A stretch of 50,127 nucleotides of DNA, counting the filler, from Jimgerdemannia flammicorona (Eukaryota), in assembly GCA_003990765.1 (NCBI GenBank). It is 2 parts of 2 records of this genome, joined end to end, with 100 filler letters (N's around TTAATTAATTAA, not from the genome) between each part and the next. Parts side by side here need not be neighbours in the genome. Positions count along the whole stretch, not along the records: positions 25,119 to 50,127 come from RBNJ01000893.1; 1 more part is not named here. One strand, written 5' to 3'. The notes beneath the pieces were generated by a model. The model was not told the origin of the DNA. It made no database searches and was given only the letters and a program-made list of their open reading frames with translations. The position numbers were made by a program, and so were the translations under genes. Below, piece by piece: positions 25,119-38,300 of the stretch; within the stretch, counting starts at the first letter, position 1, and every line of letters begins with the position of its first letter.

Positions 25119-27220
25119 GTACTTCCTCCTAGCCGCCCCCCGTAGCCCATTAATGTTCAATGAGAATATCCTAGTTGTACTGTTCATATTGAATAGATAT
25201 TGTAGAAGAGACCTCAACCTATAATTCCATGCTCATCTCATCCCTCACCAAGTCCAAGAGCTGCTCAGCTTCCAATTCACCCTCCACAATATCCCGAGCA
25301 TCCAGTGCCCCCAAGATTTCCTGACACTCCACCCTGTCCACCTCCTCCATATCTGCCCTGTAATCCAAGCAGACTGCTCGCCACTTCTCTAGTCCCTTCC
25401 TCAAGTTCCACAAGACAAGCACCCTGTCACTCGCAATCCTTCTAAGCTCCTCCTCTCACTGATCATCAACCTGATACTCAACCAACTCCAGGAGGACCAC
25501 CAGGATCTCATTCCTCATCTTCCTCGGCACCTCTTCCCTATGTAGAATCTCCTCCCAATGCCTCTCCTCCATCACCCTGAAGTCCTCACCCCCCAGCTCC
25601 TCAGCCACTACCCCTTCAAGGGTCTTCCACATCCACTTCTCCTCATCTACCGCCTCTGCCGCCCCCTGAGCAATCTGTCCCCCATCCACCTCGGGGTCCA
25701 CCAGCACACTCCTCCTCACTGACTCATCCCACTCCTCATCTGGCACATCCATCAGCTCTTCCTCACCTCCTGCCCCATTTGGAATACTATACTGAGGGCG
25801 CCCACCTTCTCCCATTTCAGCATCCACCTCCAAGTTATCCTCCCTCCCCTCCCCAACTCCAATCTGAGCCCTGCCCTGGGCCATCTCTCCCCCTTCAGCC
25901 CAGGCGCTCTCCTGCAACCCTGCAGCCCCTGCCCCAGAGCTTCCACCAGCCCCACCCCCACCCAACTTCGCCAACAACTCCTTCTGAATCCTCCTCCCCT
26001 GCAACTTCTCCCAGGCCCCCTTCTCTATCCGAACCCTCTTCCCATCCATCTCCCCCACCACCGTCCTGGCCTCAAACTCCTTCCAGGCTAATCTCCTCCT
26101 CGCAACTGCCCCTTCCAGATCCTCCAGAGCCTCCAACAGGTCCTCCTCCTCCTCCTGAGTCCCCTTCACCCTGGTGACCTTATACTCTACTTGTCCCCAC
26201 CTCAGCACTGCTGGCCAGTCCCTTGACTTCCCCATATTCTCTTTTCCAGCCAATCTCACCCTAACATCGACATCTCCAGTTCTAAGCTCCATGCCCTCCC
26301 AGACCTTAAACCCAACATCCACAATCTCGCCATACTCCTTGATCGCTTCCACAACCAACTCCCTGGTCCTTTCCTTCGACACCGTAGAGAGGTCCAACAC
26401 CATCAACTGCACCACCCGGGGGTCCCAGCATATATACCGGGCCATAGGGACCACAACCCCACCAATCATCACCCCCTTCTCCATGGCTGTCAACAAGGCG
26501 TCCTCCTCCTCAAACCCCACCTCAACCCCTTCCTTTCCCCTCAAGAACTTCACCGATGCCGCTCTCTTAGCCTCCAGCACCACCAGCCCCAAAATCATCC
26601 TCACCATCACTGCCAAGCCCTGGAAGCACATCGTGACCGCAAATTCGGACCACAACTTCTTGAGTAATGGGGTCGACACCATGCCCGTCACCCCATCCAC
26701 CAGGTCCCTGGGCCTCGTGCCCACTCCAAGTCCCAAATTGCCAACTGCCATCACATCTGGATTTTTTGCCAGATCCCCAGTCACAGCCCCATCAACAGTC
26801 ACATCTCCAGCCCCTACTCCAGCCCCTTCCCTACCACCAGAAGTACCCTGGGGTGTACTTCCCTGACCCCCAGCAGTAGCCATCGATGCCTTCCCCAGGC
26901 CCAGCCAACTATCCAGCCCAGAAGCCATCTTCCCCATCCTGACCTTGTCAGCAAAGGTCAACCTCTCCCCTCCTCTCTGCCTCAGACCTCCCCTCCCTCC
27001 GCCACTGGGGCCTCAGCTAGCCATCAAGGCCCCTGGCATCCCCAAACCATCTCCCCTCCTTCCCACCTGCTGCCAGCCAAAGGTGCCATCACCCCCCTGG
27101 CCAGTACACTCACCAGATCGATCATTGCCATCCATGTTGTTAGTCGTTGGACACCAAAAACATTGTAAAAAGTGTTGTCTGAGTCTTGTGTCACCCGAAT
27201 GTTACTGGTGAAAAGGTGTG
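25119..27220 (-). mobile_element. L1/Tx1-like LINE copy c (5' end, ORF1, first codons of ORF2), inserted in the chromovirus integrase; rest lost in the gap
   Basis: Shared 5' motif at ~27185-27220; ORF2 start MNSTTRIFSLNINGLRG at 25187. Confidence 0.9.
25219..27135 (-). pseudogene. LINE c ORF1 (638 aa, frame intact, two TGA stops)
   Basis: ATG at 27135 to TAG at 25219 is 639 codons and includes the 501-aa track ORF. Confidence 0.85.
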
Positions 27221-28300
27221 GGAATAGATCTCTATGGACTTCATTGTGCAACTACTCCAAACCAAAAATAGAAAAGATGCAATTGTTGTCTTTGTGGACT
27301 ATCTCAGCAAATAAGCCTACTTTGTACCAACCACCACCACTGCAATGGCACCAGAGATAGCCACACTCTTGTTTGATAACATTTTCCACTATCATAGTCT
27401 TCCTAAGATAATTGTTAGTGACCATGATCCGAAATTCATCAGCCATTTTTGGAAAGCCCTCTATGCACACCTTGGAACAAAACTTGCACTATCTATAGCC
27501 TTTTACCCAGAAACTGATAGCCAAACTGAAGAATGAACCAAACTCTGGAATAAATACTAAGGAACTATGTTTCCTACAGACAAGATGACTGGTATGAATA
27601 CCTCACTGCAGTCGAGTTTGTCTATAACAATAGCAAGCAAGCCTCTCTTGGAATGACCCCATTCTTCGCCAACACTGGACAAAACCCAAACACCCCTTTA
27701 ACACTTATCTGAACCACTGAAGAACTCTCCATAGTTGAAGCTGTTGAAGAATTCTTACTCCGAATGTGCAATCTAAGCCAGATCACAATTGAGAATTTAT
27801 CGCAAGCTCAAGAACAACAGTCACAGTATGTTAACCAATACTGCCAAGAAGAAACCTTCGATATTGGAGAAAAAGTTCTACTAGACATCCAAGGATACCA
27901 AGTTGACAACCTCAAGTACAGACTATCTATGAAGCTAAACAGTAAGTTCATTAGACCATTTGAAGTCATCGCACAAGTCTCTCCTACCTCCTACAAACTG
28001 GTACTACCAGACACCATTAAGATTCACCCAGTCTTTAAGGTCCAATGTCTCAAGTAATACAATGAGAATGATGACAAGCTATTTCCAAACTGGACCACTA
28101 AACCACCTGCACCTGTCATTATTAATGACCAAGAAGAATACAAAGTTGAACAAATCCTCAACAAACATGGCCACAAGAACCACCCAGAGTACCTTGTCAA
28201 ATGGAAAGGTTACCCGATTCATGATGCAACCTGGAAACCCAAGACCAACCTCCAGAATACTACTGACTTAGTTCAGGAATATGATTCCTTGAACACCTAA
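27219..28300 (+). pseudogene. Integrase C-terminal part with chromodomain
   Basis: EEYKVEQILNKH...EYLVKWKGYPIHDATWKPKTNLQN is a canonical chromodomain. Confidence 0.92.
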
Positions 28301-29012
28301 AACCAAATACTCTGTACCTATCCGTACATACTATATATTATTGTCCTGAACACTATAATTATCAAAAAATCAAGAACTCAGTAAAATAAGACAAGAATAC
28401 TGACTCTCTGGAAAAAGTAGCAAAACTGAAAGCCAGCCTATTCTCCCCATACCACTAGTGGGAAATGAGGCATAGACATTTAAGAAGATTCCATAGAAGA
28501 AATTCTCTAGCAGTGAATGATATCAGAATCACTTCCAGCATACAGCATTGAACACATGACCCTTTAATGTATGAATCCAACACATTAGGTAACTATACTA
28601 TGAGCATGCCACTTTCTGAGAAAAATGGACTTTACTAGACTTTTGATCTCCCAAATGGTGTAACAACACTAGAACAAAATTAGAAGGCCCTGATGAGGAC
28701 ATCGAAAGCTAAGAAGGGGAGAGTTGTAAGTACACAACCTCCAAGCCACTGAAATTACATGTCACCTCTGAACAAGCTACTGAAATCACATGTGACCTCT
28801 GAACAAATCTAGAAATCACCTGCTCGATCACAAAGCTGAGTCAAACCAAAGTCACAGTGCACAAAGCTGAGTCAATACAAAGTCACAGAATACAAGATTC
28901 ACATAAATGGAATCTTACCAATCAGGACCAAATACATATATACTGAGCACCGAGATGTGTCAAATCAGAGAACCAAAACAAACAACAACCACAACTTCCA
29001 AAACACACAAAC

Positions 29013-30436
29013 ATGATCACCAAGATCTACACCTGTATCTGCACTGACATTTAGAATGCCATTATCAACTGAGCCACACCCCCTCTACCCCTTATGAATA
29101 TCCATAGCCTAGCACCCCTCTAGTTTGTGGAAGCCCAATGGAATGCTCTGAACATGCTTAGCGAGGCCCATCGAATCAGACAAATCTTAAGGTACTATCA
29201 GATCAGCTGTCTCCTGGAAGATATGGTTGAACACCACCACAATACAGACATTACCCAGATGTCTCAACACCAGAAGCTCATTGCCTACAAACATCAAGAA
29301 CTCTTCTATGAGTATAGTACTGTTATTCCCCACCTCCGAGTTACCACAGCCAAAATGGTTGCTACTCTGTCCTATGGCCAAATCGATGACATGATACAGG
29401 AACTCAACCACAAGTATCTCGAGTATGTCGAAACCACAGACAGAACCTTCCCACACCCCAATGATCATATCCTGCAAATGCCCCAAGTTGGATATGCTAT
29501 GAAGGATATCTATGATATAATCTACTTCAATAAAGACAAAGCAGAAGACAATAATCTCTCTGACACTGACATGATCTCTAGCCAAGGATCTCTGCCAATG
29601 CTGATCACACCACCAACCATACCGATGAACTTACAACAATTCATAACAGCATATGAGACATATTGGGATAATGACCACTGGCATGAATACCAACCTGTGT
29701 TTACTCCCGATTACTTCAACTACAATGAAGAGACCAGAGAACACAACCTGTACCTCTAGACTAGTGCTCCCAACAAATCGAATCAAATCAAATCAAATGT
29801 CCAATTCGATTCGAAGTTCGATTGAACCTTAATTTTCAAAATGTAATAACTCGACGAAAACACATCCAAATTTAACGTAATTTAGCTTGTTAGATTCACC
29901 GTATTAATGTGATTCTAACAAGCTAAAGTACGTTAGATTTGGATGAGTCTATGCTGAGTTATTGCATTTTGAAAATTAGGGTTCGAATCAGACCCTCAAT
30001 TCGATTTGACTTTTGATTTGATTCGAATTGATTCAAATTGAAAAATCCCCAATTCGATTCGACTCATTTGGGAGCACTACTCGAGACAGCCCTTGAAATT
30101 GAACCAACCACTCCACCACCTAAGTATGAGCGACATGAACCACAGCTGCCAGCTTACTACAACCCCACGACTCATAGTGCTATAACCCACAGAAGGTATG
30201 CAGACCGCGAATTCAATGAAAGTGAAGATGATGTACTCCTCCTTCACCCACCAACACCTTATCCAGCATATGAGACAGATGATGCTATTCTGTGGGATGG
30301 TGACAAAGTTTCAATGTATTATTACCTCAGTGAACAAGGAGAAGTAATCCGCGAACCACTCTTCCTAGATGACTACTTCATCAGAGATGATGCAATTGAT
30401 GGTGATATCATCGAAGACTACCCAGACAGTGCCTAA
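29013..30436 (+). pseudogene. Accessory ORF (365 aa reconstructed) inside the putative LTR, split by a hAT-type MITE
   Basis: Removing the MITE and one TSD (326 bp) fuses track ORFs 29127-29759 and 30038-30436 in frame (NLYL|ETALEIE). The ATG at 29013 is in frame, with three revertible stops. Confidence 0.8.
29762..30079. mobile_element. hAT-type MITE, 318 bp
   Basis: TIR TAGTGCTCCCAA...TTGGGAGCACTA; 8-bp TSD CTC(T/G)AGAC; subterminal ATTCG/CGAAT repeats; palindromic core. Confidence 0.9.
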
Positions 30437-31099
30437 ACCTATAAATAGCCTAGCCATCATACTATAGTTAGATTAGCCTTATATAACGTGACTGTAAACT
30501 GACTCAGCAGTCAGATGATCTCTTAACATGTCAGATCACACTTGTACTATGTGACTGCATTCCCACTCAGCAAGGCACTTAGTGCTACATCCATATTCAG
30601 CATAGTCCAGATAGCCCCTCACTAGTATAAATATCCCCTCCCCCAAACCTCAGAATCTCAGACTAAAACACGCCAGAATATTCCTGAATACTTCCCAACA
30701 ATATCTCTTCACACAACTACTCCTAGTATAGCAACATTATGAATAGCAAATAAACCTATTTAATAACCCACAAACTACTCTTAAGTAAATCTGCTCCCCA
30801 TTAGGTCCCACTCCTAACCCATCACGAAATTTCCTAATTGGGCATTGTCTGCAGCAATATGCTGATTCAACTAAGCTAGTCTTAGTTTCTTGAACTTTCT
30901 GAAATATAGAAAATCCTGAACATCCAGAACTAGTCTGAAAAAGGACTTTGGTTGAGACATTAACCTGATTTGAAATCAATATGTACTCCATATGAAATTG
31001 ATCTTGACCATAAGAAAACAGTCTTCTATTATATCCAGAACTTCCAGAAAACCCTTCTAGAACTATGTAACAGTTATCCTAAAAAGCAACCCTCTTACA

Positions 31100-33174
31100 T
31101 TTTCAGTGAATGATGAACAGAGTCTTCAGCAATAAGATTGGAAAATAGCTCTTTATCTATGTTGATGATGTGATCATCTTCAGCAACACTGTACAGGAAT
31201 ATATCAATCACATACAGCTAGCCCTCAAGAAGCTGAAGGAGTATGGCCTTTACATCAAGCCCAAGAAATGCAAGTTTGCAGCTCAAGAAATCACCTATCT
31301 AGGACACCTTATTAACCAGACTGGAATCCACACAGACCCTATGAAGATTGAGGCTGTTGCAGTCTATCTGAGACCCAGAATGACTACAAAAGTCTATGCC
31401 TTCCTTGGACTGGCCAGGTACTACAGAAGATTCATCAAAGGATACTCCAACATTACAGCACCTATCTGCAAGCTACTGAAGAAGGAAACCAAATTTGAAT
31501 GGACCAAGAAATGCCAAGAAATCTTCAATAAACTCAAGACCAGATTGACCAAAGTACCTATCCTCAGAAGACCAGATTGGAATCTAGAATTTGTCTTGTA
31601 GACAGATGTGAGTACTATAGGACTTAGAGCAGTCCTAGCTCAGAAGAAAGATTGACATGAATATATCATCTCCTATATAAGCTGAGATATCCACAGAGCA
31701 GAACAGAACTATGAGTCATGTAAGCTTGAATGCTTAGCAGTAGTTTGGGCAGTAGACAAGTTCCACTACTACCTAGCCAGGAAATACTTCACCATACAAA
31801 CAGACCATTCTGCTCTTGTCTGGCTATTCCACACTCTGAACCCCAAAGGAATATATACCAGATGGATCCACAGGTTGCAAGAGTATGACTGTTCTATTAA
31901 GCACTGCTCAGGAAGAACTAATATCAATGCTGATATACTCTCAAGGACACCCTGAAATACCTCTATCAAATTACTCAATATGAATAAAGAGTTATACTAT
32001 GGATTAATCAGCTATCTTAGGTAGCAGAAGATACCCAACCATCTTGAACCCTGGACAATCACCATCATCAGCTAAACTTGGAAACAGTTTGATCTAGACA
32101 ACACTATACTCAGAAAAAAAGAAAAGCTAGTAATACCCAAATACAAAAAGTATCAAGTAATAAAGGAAGTACATGAGCAAGGATACCTAGGAGGACCAAT
32201 ATATATAATAAGGCAAAAAGAACTATATGGTGGCCTAAGATAGAAGTAGACCTGTGCCAATTTGTCAAAGAGTATGATAAGTGTCAAAAACAGAAATAGG
32301 ATCAGCAAGACCAGGCACCTGGGTCATCAAGAATTGAGCCTATTCCCTGCCACCACATCACAATAGATATTATTGGGCCACTACCAGTAATATTATCAGG
32401 AAACCACTATATTATAGTTATTGTAGACCTCTTTACCAAATGAATAGAAGCAGGAGCACTACAAGAAGCCAATGCCCTCTCTATAGCTGACTTTCTATAT
32501 TGAGAAATCATCTGCCACTACAAGACACTGAAGCAAATCACAACAAACTATGGCACAGAAATTGTCAATGGATTCCATGAGATAATGTTTTAGAAATATA
32601 AGATCCAGCATATCAAGACTACTACATACCACTCTCAAGGAAATAGACAGACAGAGAGAACCAACAAGACCCTTAATAACATCATGGTAAAGATCTCAGA
32701 GACATATGAGAATTGGGATAATTATCTCTCAACTACCCTCTCTGTCCTACAAGACATACAGTCACAGAGCACACACTTTACCCCAAGGAAACTGCTCTTT
32801 GGAGTAAAAGATTCTGATGGAACCTCAGCTACAAATCTAAACCTAACTTGGATTTAAGTCAATGCAGAAATCTGGAGACTATACCAAATCAGGAAGAAGA
32901 CTGAAGATTACATCATTAAGTTACAAGCACTGATAAGGAAGAATACAGAAAAGAATCACAAGACCTAGAATCTATCCAAATTGGAGAAAAGGTCCTACTG
33001 TATCAAAATATGGTAGAAGCCTCATGGTCATGAAAACTGGAGCCCAAATAGGAAGTACCCTTCTATGTTCAAGATATCAAGAAAACTACCTTCTGGCTTA
33101 GAAAAATCTCAGAGACCATACAGCCTACCATAGTACATAGGAACAGACTCAAGAAGTACCATGAACCTATATAA
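31100..33174 (+). pseudogene. Gypsy D pol fragment (RT-RNase H-integrase)
   Basis: Motifs as above; integrase ends VHRNRLKKYHEPI*. Confidence 0.9.
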
Positions 33175-33302
33175 GAGAAGCAAAACATGATAACTACCTA
33201 TGAGATTCTAGTCTGCAAACACACCTTTCTCAGCTAACATTCATGTTACACATACTTTACAACATACCCTCAAGTCGTTTATTGGAGAAAGGTGATAAGG
33301 AA

Positions 33303-35326
33303 ATGGCAAACAACAAGTATTCTGGGTTGCATACTGGGCAGGGTGCCCCTAGTGTATTCGACTGGCAGCAGGTGGGGAGAGGTCCTGGCCTGGGGGGTGG
33401 CATGAGAGGGCTGTTGGCAGGAGGATAAGGAGGAGGTGGAGGTGGCAGTGGAGAACAGCAGTCTGGGAGAGCAAGCTTCACAGAGATGGTGAAGGGGAGG
33501 CAGCAGATGACAGGGCTAGAGGGTTGGCTGAGGAAAGGCAAGGAGATGGGATGACGACAGTTCGCAGGAGAGTAGCACTTGGGGGCAAGAGCAGTGGAGC
33601 TGGGGGAGTAGTGACTGAGAGGGGTGTGATGGCTGATGGGAACAGGACTGCCAATCTGAAAAAAAATCCAGATGTGATAGCTGATAGTATGGCTGAGCAA
33701 CTGAGGCTTGGAAGGCAGTGAGATTTGGCAGATAGTGTAATTGGCCTAATAGTGGTACCATTACTCAAGAAATCAATCTCAGCATTTGTGTTGACATTGT
33801 GCTTCTGGGGCCTGGCAGTGATGGCAAAAATGGTGCTGGGGCTTATCACTAAGCAGATGGCTGGAGCAGAATCTGTGAAGTTCCTGAAGGAATTGGAGGG
33901 AGTACAGGTGGGTTTTGAGGATGCTAAGTCTCTGGAGAAAGCACTGAAGATTGGATTGATCATTGGGGAGATGTGTGTCCCAATGGTGCACTATCTGAAA
34001 TGAGACCCCAGGGTGGTCCAACTGTAGGTGAAAGAAGTGCTCATAGTAACAGCAGTGGAGATGAGAAGGAGAGTCAAGGAGGTCATGGCAGAGTATGGCA
34101 AGATAGTAGATATTAGGTTCAGGGTCTGGGAAGAGACCTCACTCAGGACTGGGGATGTAGATGTGCAGATTTGGCTGGCAGGGAAAGAAGCTATAGGAAA
34201 GACAAGGGACAGGCCTTTGGTGATGATCTGGGGGGTGATCTTATGCAAGGTGACAAGGGTGAAGGGGAGTGAGGAGGAGGAGGAGGACTTGCTGGAGGCA
34301 CTGGAAGAGATGAGTGGAGTGGTACAGCAGCAGGCAAAGGCCTGGAGGTCCTTTGTAGAGTCAACACACTTGGAGGTAGTGGATGGGAAGAGGATCAGAG
34401 TGGACAAGGGGCAATGAGAAAAAGCTCAGGGCCATAAATGTCAGAAGGACTTACTGGCTAAGATGGAGAGTCAACCACTGAAGGAGGAAGGTGGAATGGT
34501 GGAACTGGGGGATGCCAAGGCAAGTGTCTTGGCCAGCAAGAAGGGTGGGAGTGCAGGGAAAGGAACAGAGGAGGACAGGAAAGCAGCTGGTGGTAACCCA
34601 TATGCTGATGGTATGTTCAAGGTCTGGGAGGAGAACTGGGAGAGATTGCCTACCTCTATGCCTCTCATCAGACAAGGGCCAGCTTACCAGAGCAGAGCAG
34701 GAGAGGATGTGCCAATGAAGGGGGCTCAGTGAGTACAATTTGGCATGCCTGAGGTAGCAAATGGGGGACAGGTGGTGGCAGTTGGAGAGGAGGAATTGGT
34801 GGATGTTCCAGAGGTATGAGATGAGGCTGCGAGTGTCAGGGCTAATACCATGATATTGGATAGTGGGAGACTGGCAACCCCAGGAGGGAAGGAGGTGGGA
34901 AATCTACTTTGGATGTGCAGGATGATGAATAATCTGATGGCTGAAGAGCTCAGGAAGGTGGACTTGAGAGTGATGAGTGATGAGCATTGGGCATGGGTAT
35001 TACAGAGAGATGGTGTGAAGTTGGCATTGAAGGCAGAGATCCTTGTGGTGTATCTGGAGGAGGAAGAGTATGAGGTGGATAAGGAGTGAGAGGTTGAACT
35101 AGCAGGGATTACCAGTGAGAGGGCCAAGTACTATTGGGCCAAGTGACATGGGTTGCAGCTCTGGCAGGAGGCCTGCCTGGAATACTGAGAGGAGTTTGAG
35201 GAGAAGGTAGATGGAGAGATGAATGAGCTATTGGCTGGATTGGAGGCTCAGAGGGCTGAAGAGGAGGCAGTGACTCCAGGACATAATCTGGACATGGCAC
35301 AGGAAGAGATGAACTTGGAGCAGTAG
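33303..35326 (+). pseudogene. LINE d ORF1 (decayed)
   Basis: MANNKYSG...FDWQQVGRG...RTGDVDVQIWL...EMNLEQ*. Confidence 0.88.
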
Positions 35327-35358
35327 AGATAGACTAGATAAAAACACTATACTTTAAT

Positions 35359-38300
35359 ATGAATAGTACAACCAACATTTTTTCACTGAATGTAAATGAG
35401 TTATAAGGTGCTTCTTAATGAAGAAACATTTTTACTTGACTGAAGGGATTAGAGGCTGATCTCTTCCTCTTGCAGGATGTTGGGTGTAAAGATGATTTGG
35501 ATAAACTGGAATGGATGAAGGAATGGAGAGGTGAGGCAGTTTGGATGGGCAAGGTTGGGATTCTGATATGGAAAGGCAGAGGGGAGATAAAGGATATGGA
35601 GAGCTGAGGGAATAGACTGGTCTGGGGCAAGTGGATACATACTGGATAGGAGCCAATTACAGTTGGATCTTGTTACTGCCCTGCTGTATAGGGTGAGCAT
35701 GTAGACTAGGTGAAGGGTCTTCAAGTGAGTGGGACACTTACAGAGGCTGGGGTAGATGTACTGAGTAGAGACTTTAATATGGTTCAAGAGGTACTGTTAG
35801 ATAGAACAGATGGAGGAAAAGGAGTTGAGGGTCAGAGTGGAGGGCTGGTGGCATGGAAGGAAGTAGAAAGGCTGAGTGCTCTGGTGGATATAGGTTGGAA
35901 GTGCTGGGGGGATAGGAGGGTATACACACATTGGGCAGGAGGCTTGGGGACAAGAATTGATTGGATTCTGATGGCCAGCTATTGGGGTTTGGATGTTTGG
36001 AGATCACTGGAGGTGGAATGGTGTCTTAGGTCAGATTATTGGGGGATTCTCAGACAAGGTCAGTTTTGGGAGAGTGGGGATGAGCCAGGACATTGGTGCC
36101 TCAATTCCTCCCTGTTAGATGATAGGATCTGGTGGGATGGGTGGGCTGCAGACATTTAGCTACAGGTAGAGTTTTGGAGGAGGAAGGTACTCCAGTGGGT
36201 ATTCAGTAGATGAGAATGAAGGAGATGGCCAAGGCATACTGGAGTGAGGCTGGCAAGGAGGCTGGGAAACAGAGGAGGCGAAAGGTGAGATGGTCTTCTA
36301 GTAGACTGTCTAGGCTCTTAGGCAATTGGGCGAGACTGGTAACATTGGAGGGAGAGGAGAATTGGAGGTCTATAAGGGTGAAAAAGGAGGTTGGTAAACT
36401 ACAACAGGTGCTGTGGGAGGAGGAAGAAGTGAGGGTGAAGGGCTTGACAGCTAGGCTACATTGGCAAGTTTGGAAGAAGGGGAGAGGCCCTCTAAGTTTC
36501 TCATTTGGGCAAGGGGCATGCAACAAAGATGGGAGGGGGTGCTCAACTCTGATGGTGTCCTGGTCCATAGTATTCAAGACATTCTGGGATCTTTAAAGGA
36601 GCACTGGAGTGGATTGTGGAGTGAGGAGGAGGGTGGGGTAGATGCTGATGCAATTGGCCATACATTAGAAGATTGGCAATCTCTATAAGTAGATGGGATG
36701 GGTGACTTAGTGTTGCCAGTCCAAGAGGAGGAGATCTGCCAGGTTCTTGTCATGACAATGCCAGGTATGACACCTGGAGAAGATGGTTTGCACTGGGATT
36801 TCTGGAAGAAGATGGTTGAGATCCCTAGAGTACTGGGGGAGATAATGGCATTGTGTGATCTTATTTTACAGACAGAGAGATGGGTGGAGGAACAGGATCT
36901 GGGGTTGGTGACATTGCTCTATAAGAACAAAGGAAGGTGAGAGGACTGGAAGAACTGGAGGCTGATTATGCTCTTGGATATAGACAGAAAGTTGGTTACT
37001 AAGGTGGTAGTTGTGAGACTACAAGTAGTGGTACAGCAAATCTTGGGTATTGAGCAGAGGGGCTTTATAGGGAGATGGCTTATTAGGGATGGCATGGCCT
37101 GGGAACATGGAGTTATTGAAGAGATACATGCTTGTGGATTGGATGGGCACCTGGTCTTCTTGGACCAAGAGAAGGCTTATGACCAGATGAGGTGAGTCTG
37201 GCTGGCAAAGATTTTGGATAGGGCTGGGGTTCTGTACCAGTTCTGGTCAGCAATAGTCAGTCTACTGGAAGGGAGTAGAGTGGTACTCATGTGTAATGAA
37301 CATCGAAGAATGGCTTTTCCCCTGGGTAGGGAGGTGCCTCAGGGGGACTCATTGTCCCCCATTTTATATGCCCTTTTCCTGGAACCACTACTGGATAGAA
37401 TCAGGTGGAAGATAGTGGGGCTCTCCATCTTTGGTATTGGGTTGAAGGTAGGGGTCTTGCAGATAATATGGTTGTCAGACTGGATTCAATTGCTGATGTC
37501 AAGGAGCTTAAGGAGACAGTGAAGTGGTATGAGGAGAACTCTGGAGCGAGACTTAATCAGCATAAGTGTGAAACAATGGTGTTAGGCAATGGTCTGGTGG
37601 GTGGGGAGGTTATTGGAACAATCGTTTCTGCTGGTGAGGCAGTGCAGTACTTGGGTATCTATCTATTGATATATGGGTCAGTACTACCCAGGCTTTGGTG
37701 AGAGCAGTGGGTTGGTATCTGGGGGGAGGCCCTGTGGAGTTGGGGGGGTCATCAATTGTCTCTGACAGGGTATGTTACAATTTTGAACATTTATTGGTTG
37801 CCAAAGTTGTGGTATCTGGCATATTATCTGGACTTTCCATCCTGGATAGTGAAGCAGCTAATGAAGCTTGCTAAGGGATAGATCTGGGCTAGAAGGAGGA
37901 GTCGATAAGCTGGGAGGTCTTGTCCTTGCCAGTGGCAAGTGGTGGACTGAGACTGATTGACTTTCTGAAGAGGCTATACTGCTTGAGGGTTTAGTGGTTA
38001 AAGAGAGCCATAGAATTGAGAGGTGGTGGTTAGATTCCCCTATTGCAGAAGGTTTGGAAGAAGCAGTCCTTGCTAAGAGGCTCAACTGGCAATTTCCTTT
38101 CTCTAGTTAGACTTCAGAACACTAAATATTTACTATATAAAGGTTTCTGGTGGGGAATAGCAGAGGGGGCACACTGTATCAGGATCTGTTGGCAGAGAAA
38201 TGAAGGAGAGGAGAATTGGGACATGGCGATGTAGAGATAGTTCTGGGTGTTACTGAGCAGCATCCCATTACTTAAGTTTGACATTAGTGATGAGATAGAC

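Larger units (their letters stand above)
27219..30736 (+). mobile_element. Chromovirus (Ty3/Gypsy) C, 3' portion: integrase-chromodomain, 3' region, PPT and long LTR
   Basis: Integrase motifs WE*ISMDFI, SDHDPKFIS and GPY/F-like RPFEV; chromodomain; PPT AAGAAGGGGAGAGT then TGTAAG at 28725. Confidence 0.88.
28725..30736 (+). repeat. Putative long 3' LTR of chromovirus C (~1.69 kb without the MITE), containing an ORF
   Basis: Starts TGT immediately after the PPT, has TATAAAT at ~30626 and ends ...GCAACA at 30736. The partner LTR is not in the window, so the right end is inferred. Confidence 0.65.

Noticed and set aside
30737..31100. 5' part of Gypsy D (treating 28725-30736 as its 5' LTR)
   Set aside because: There is no PBS, gag or protease, and the LTR does not visibly match 39434-40957 at the DNA level; the segment is left unassigned.
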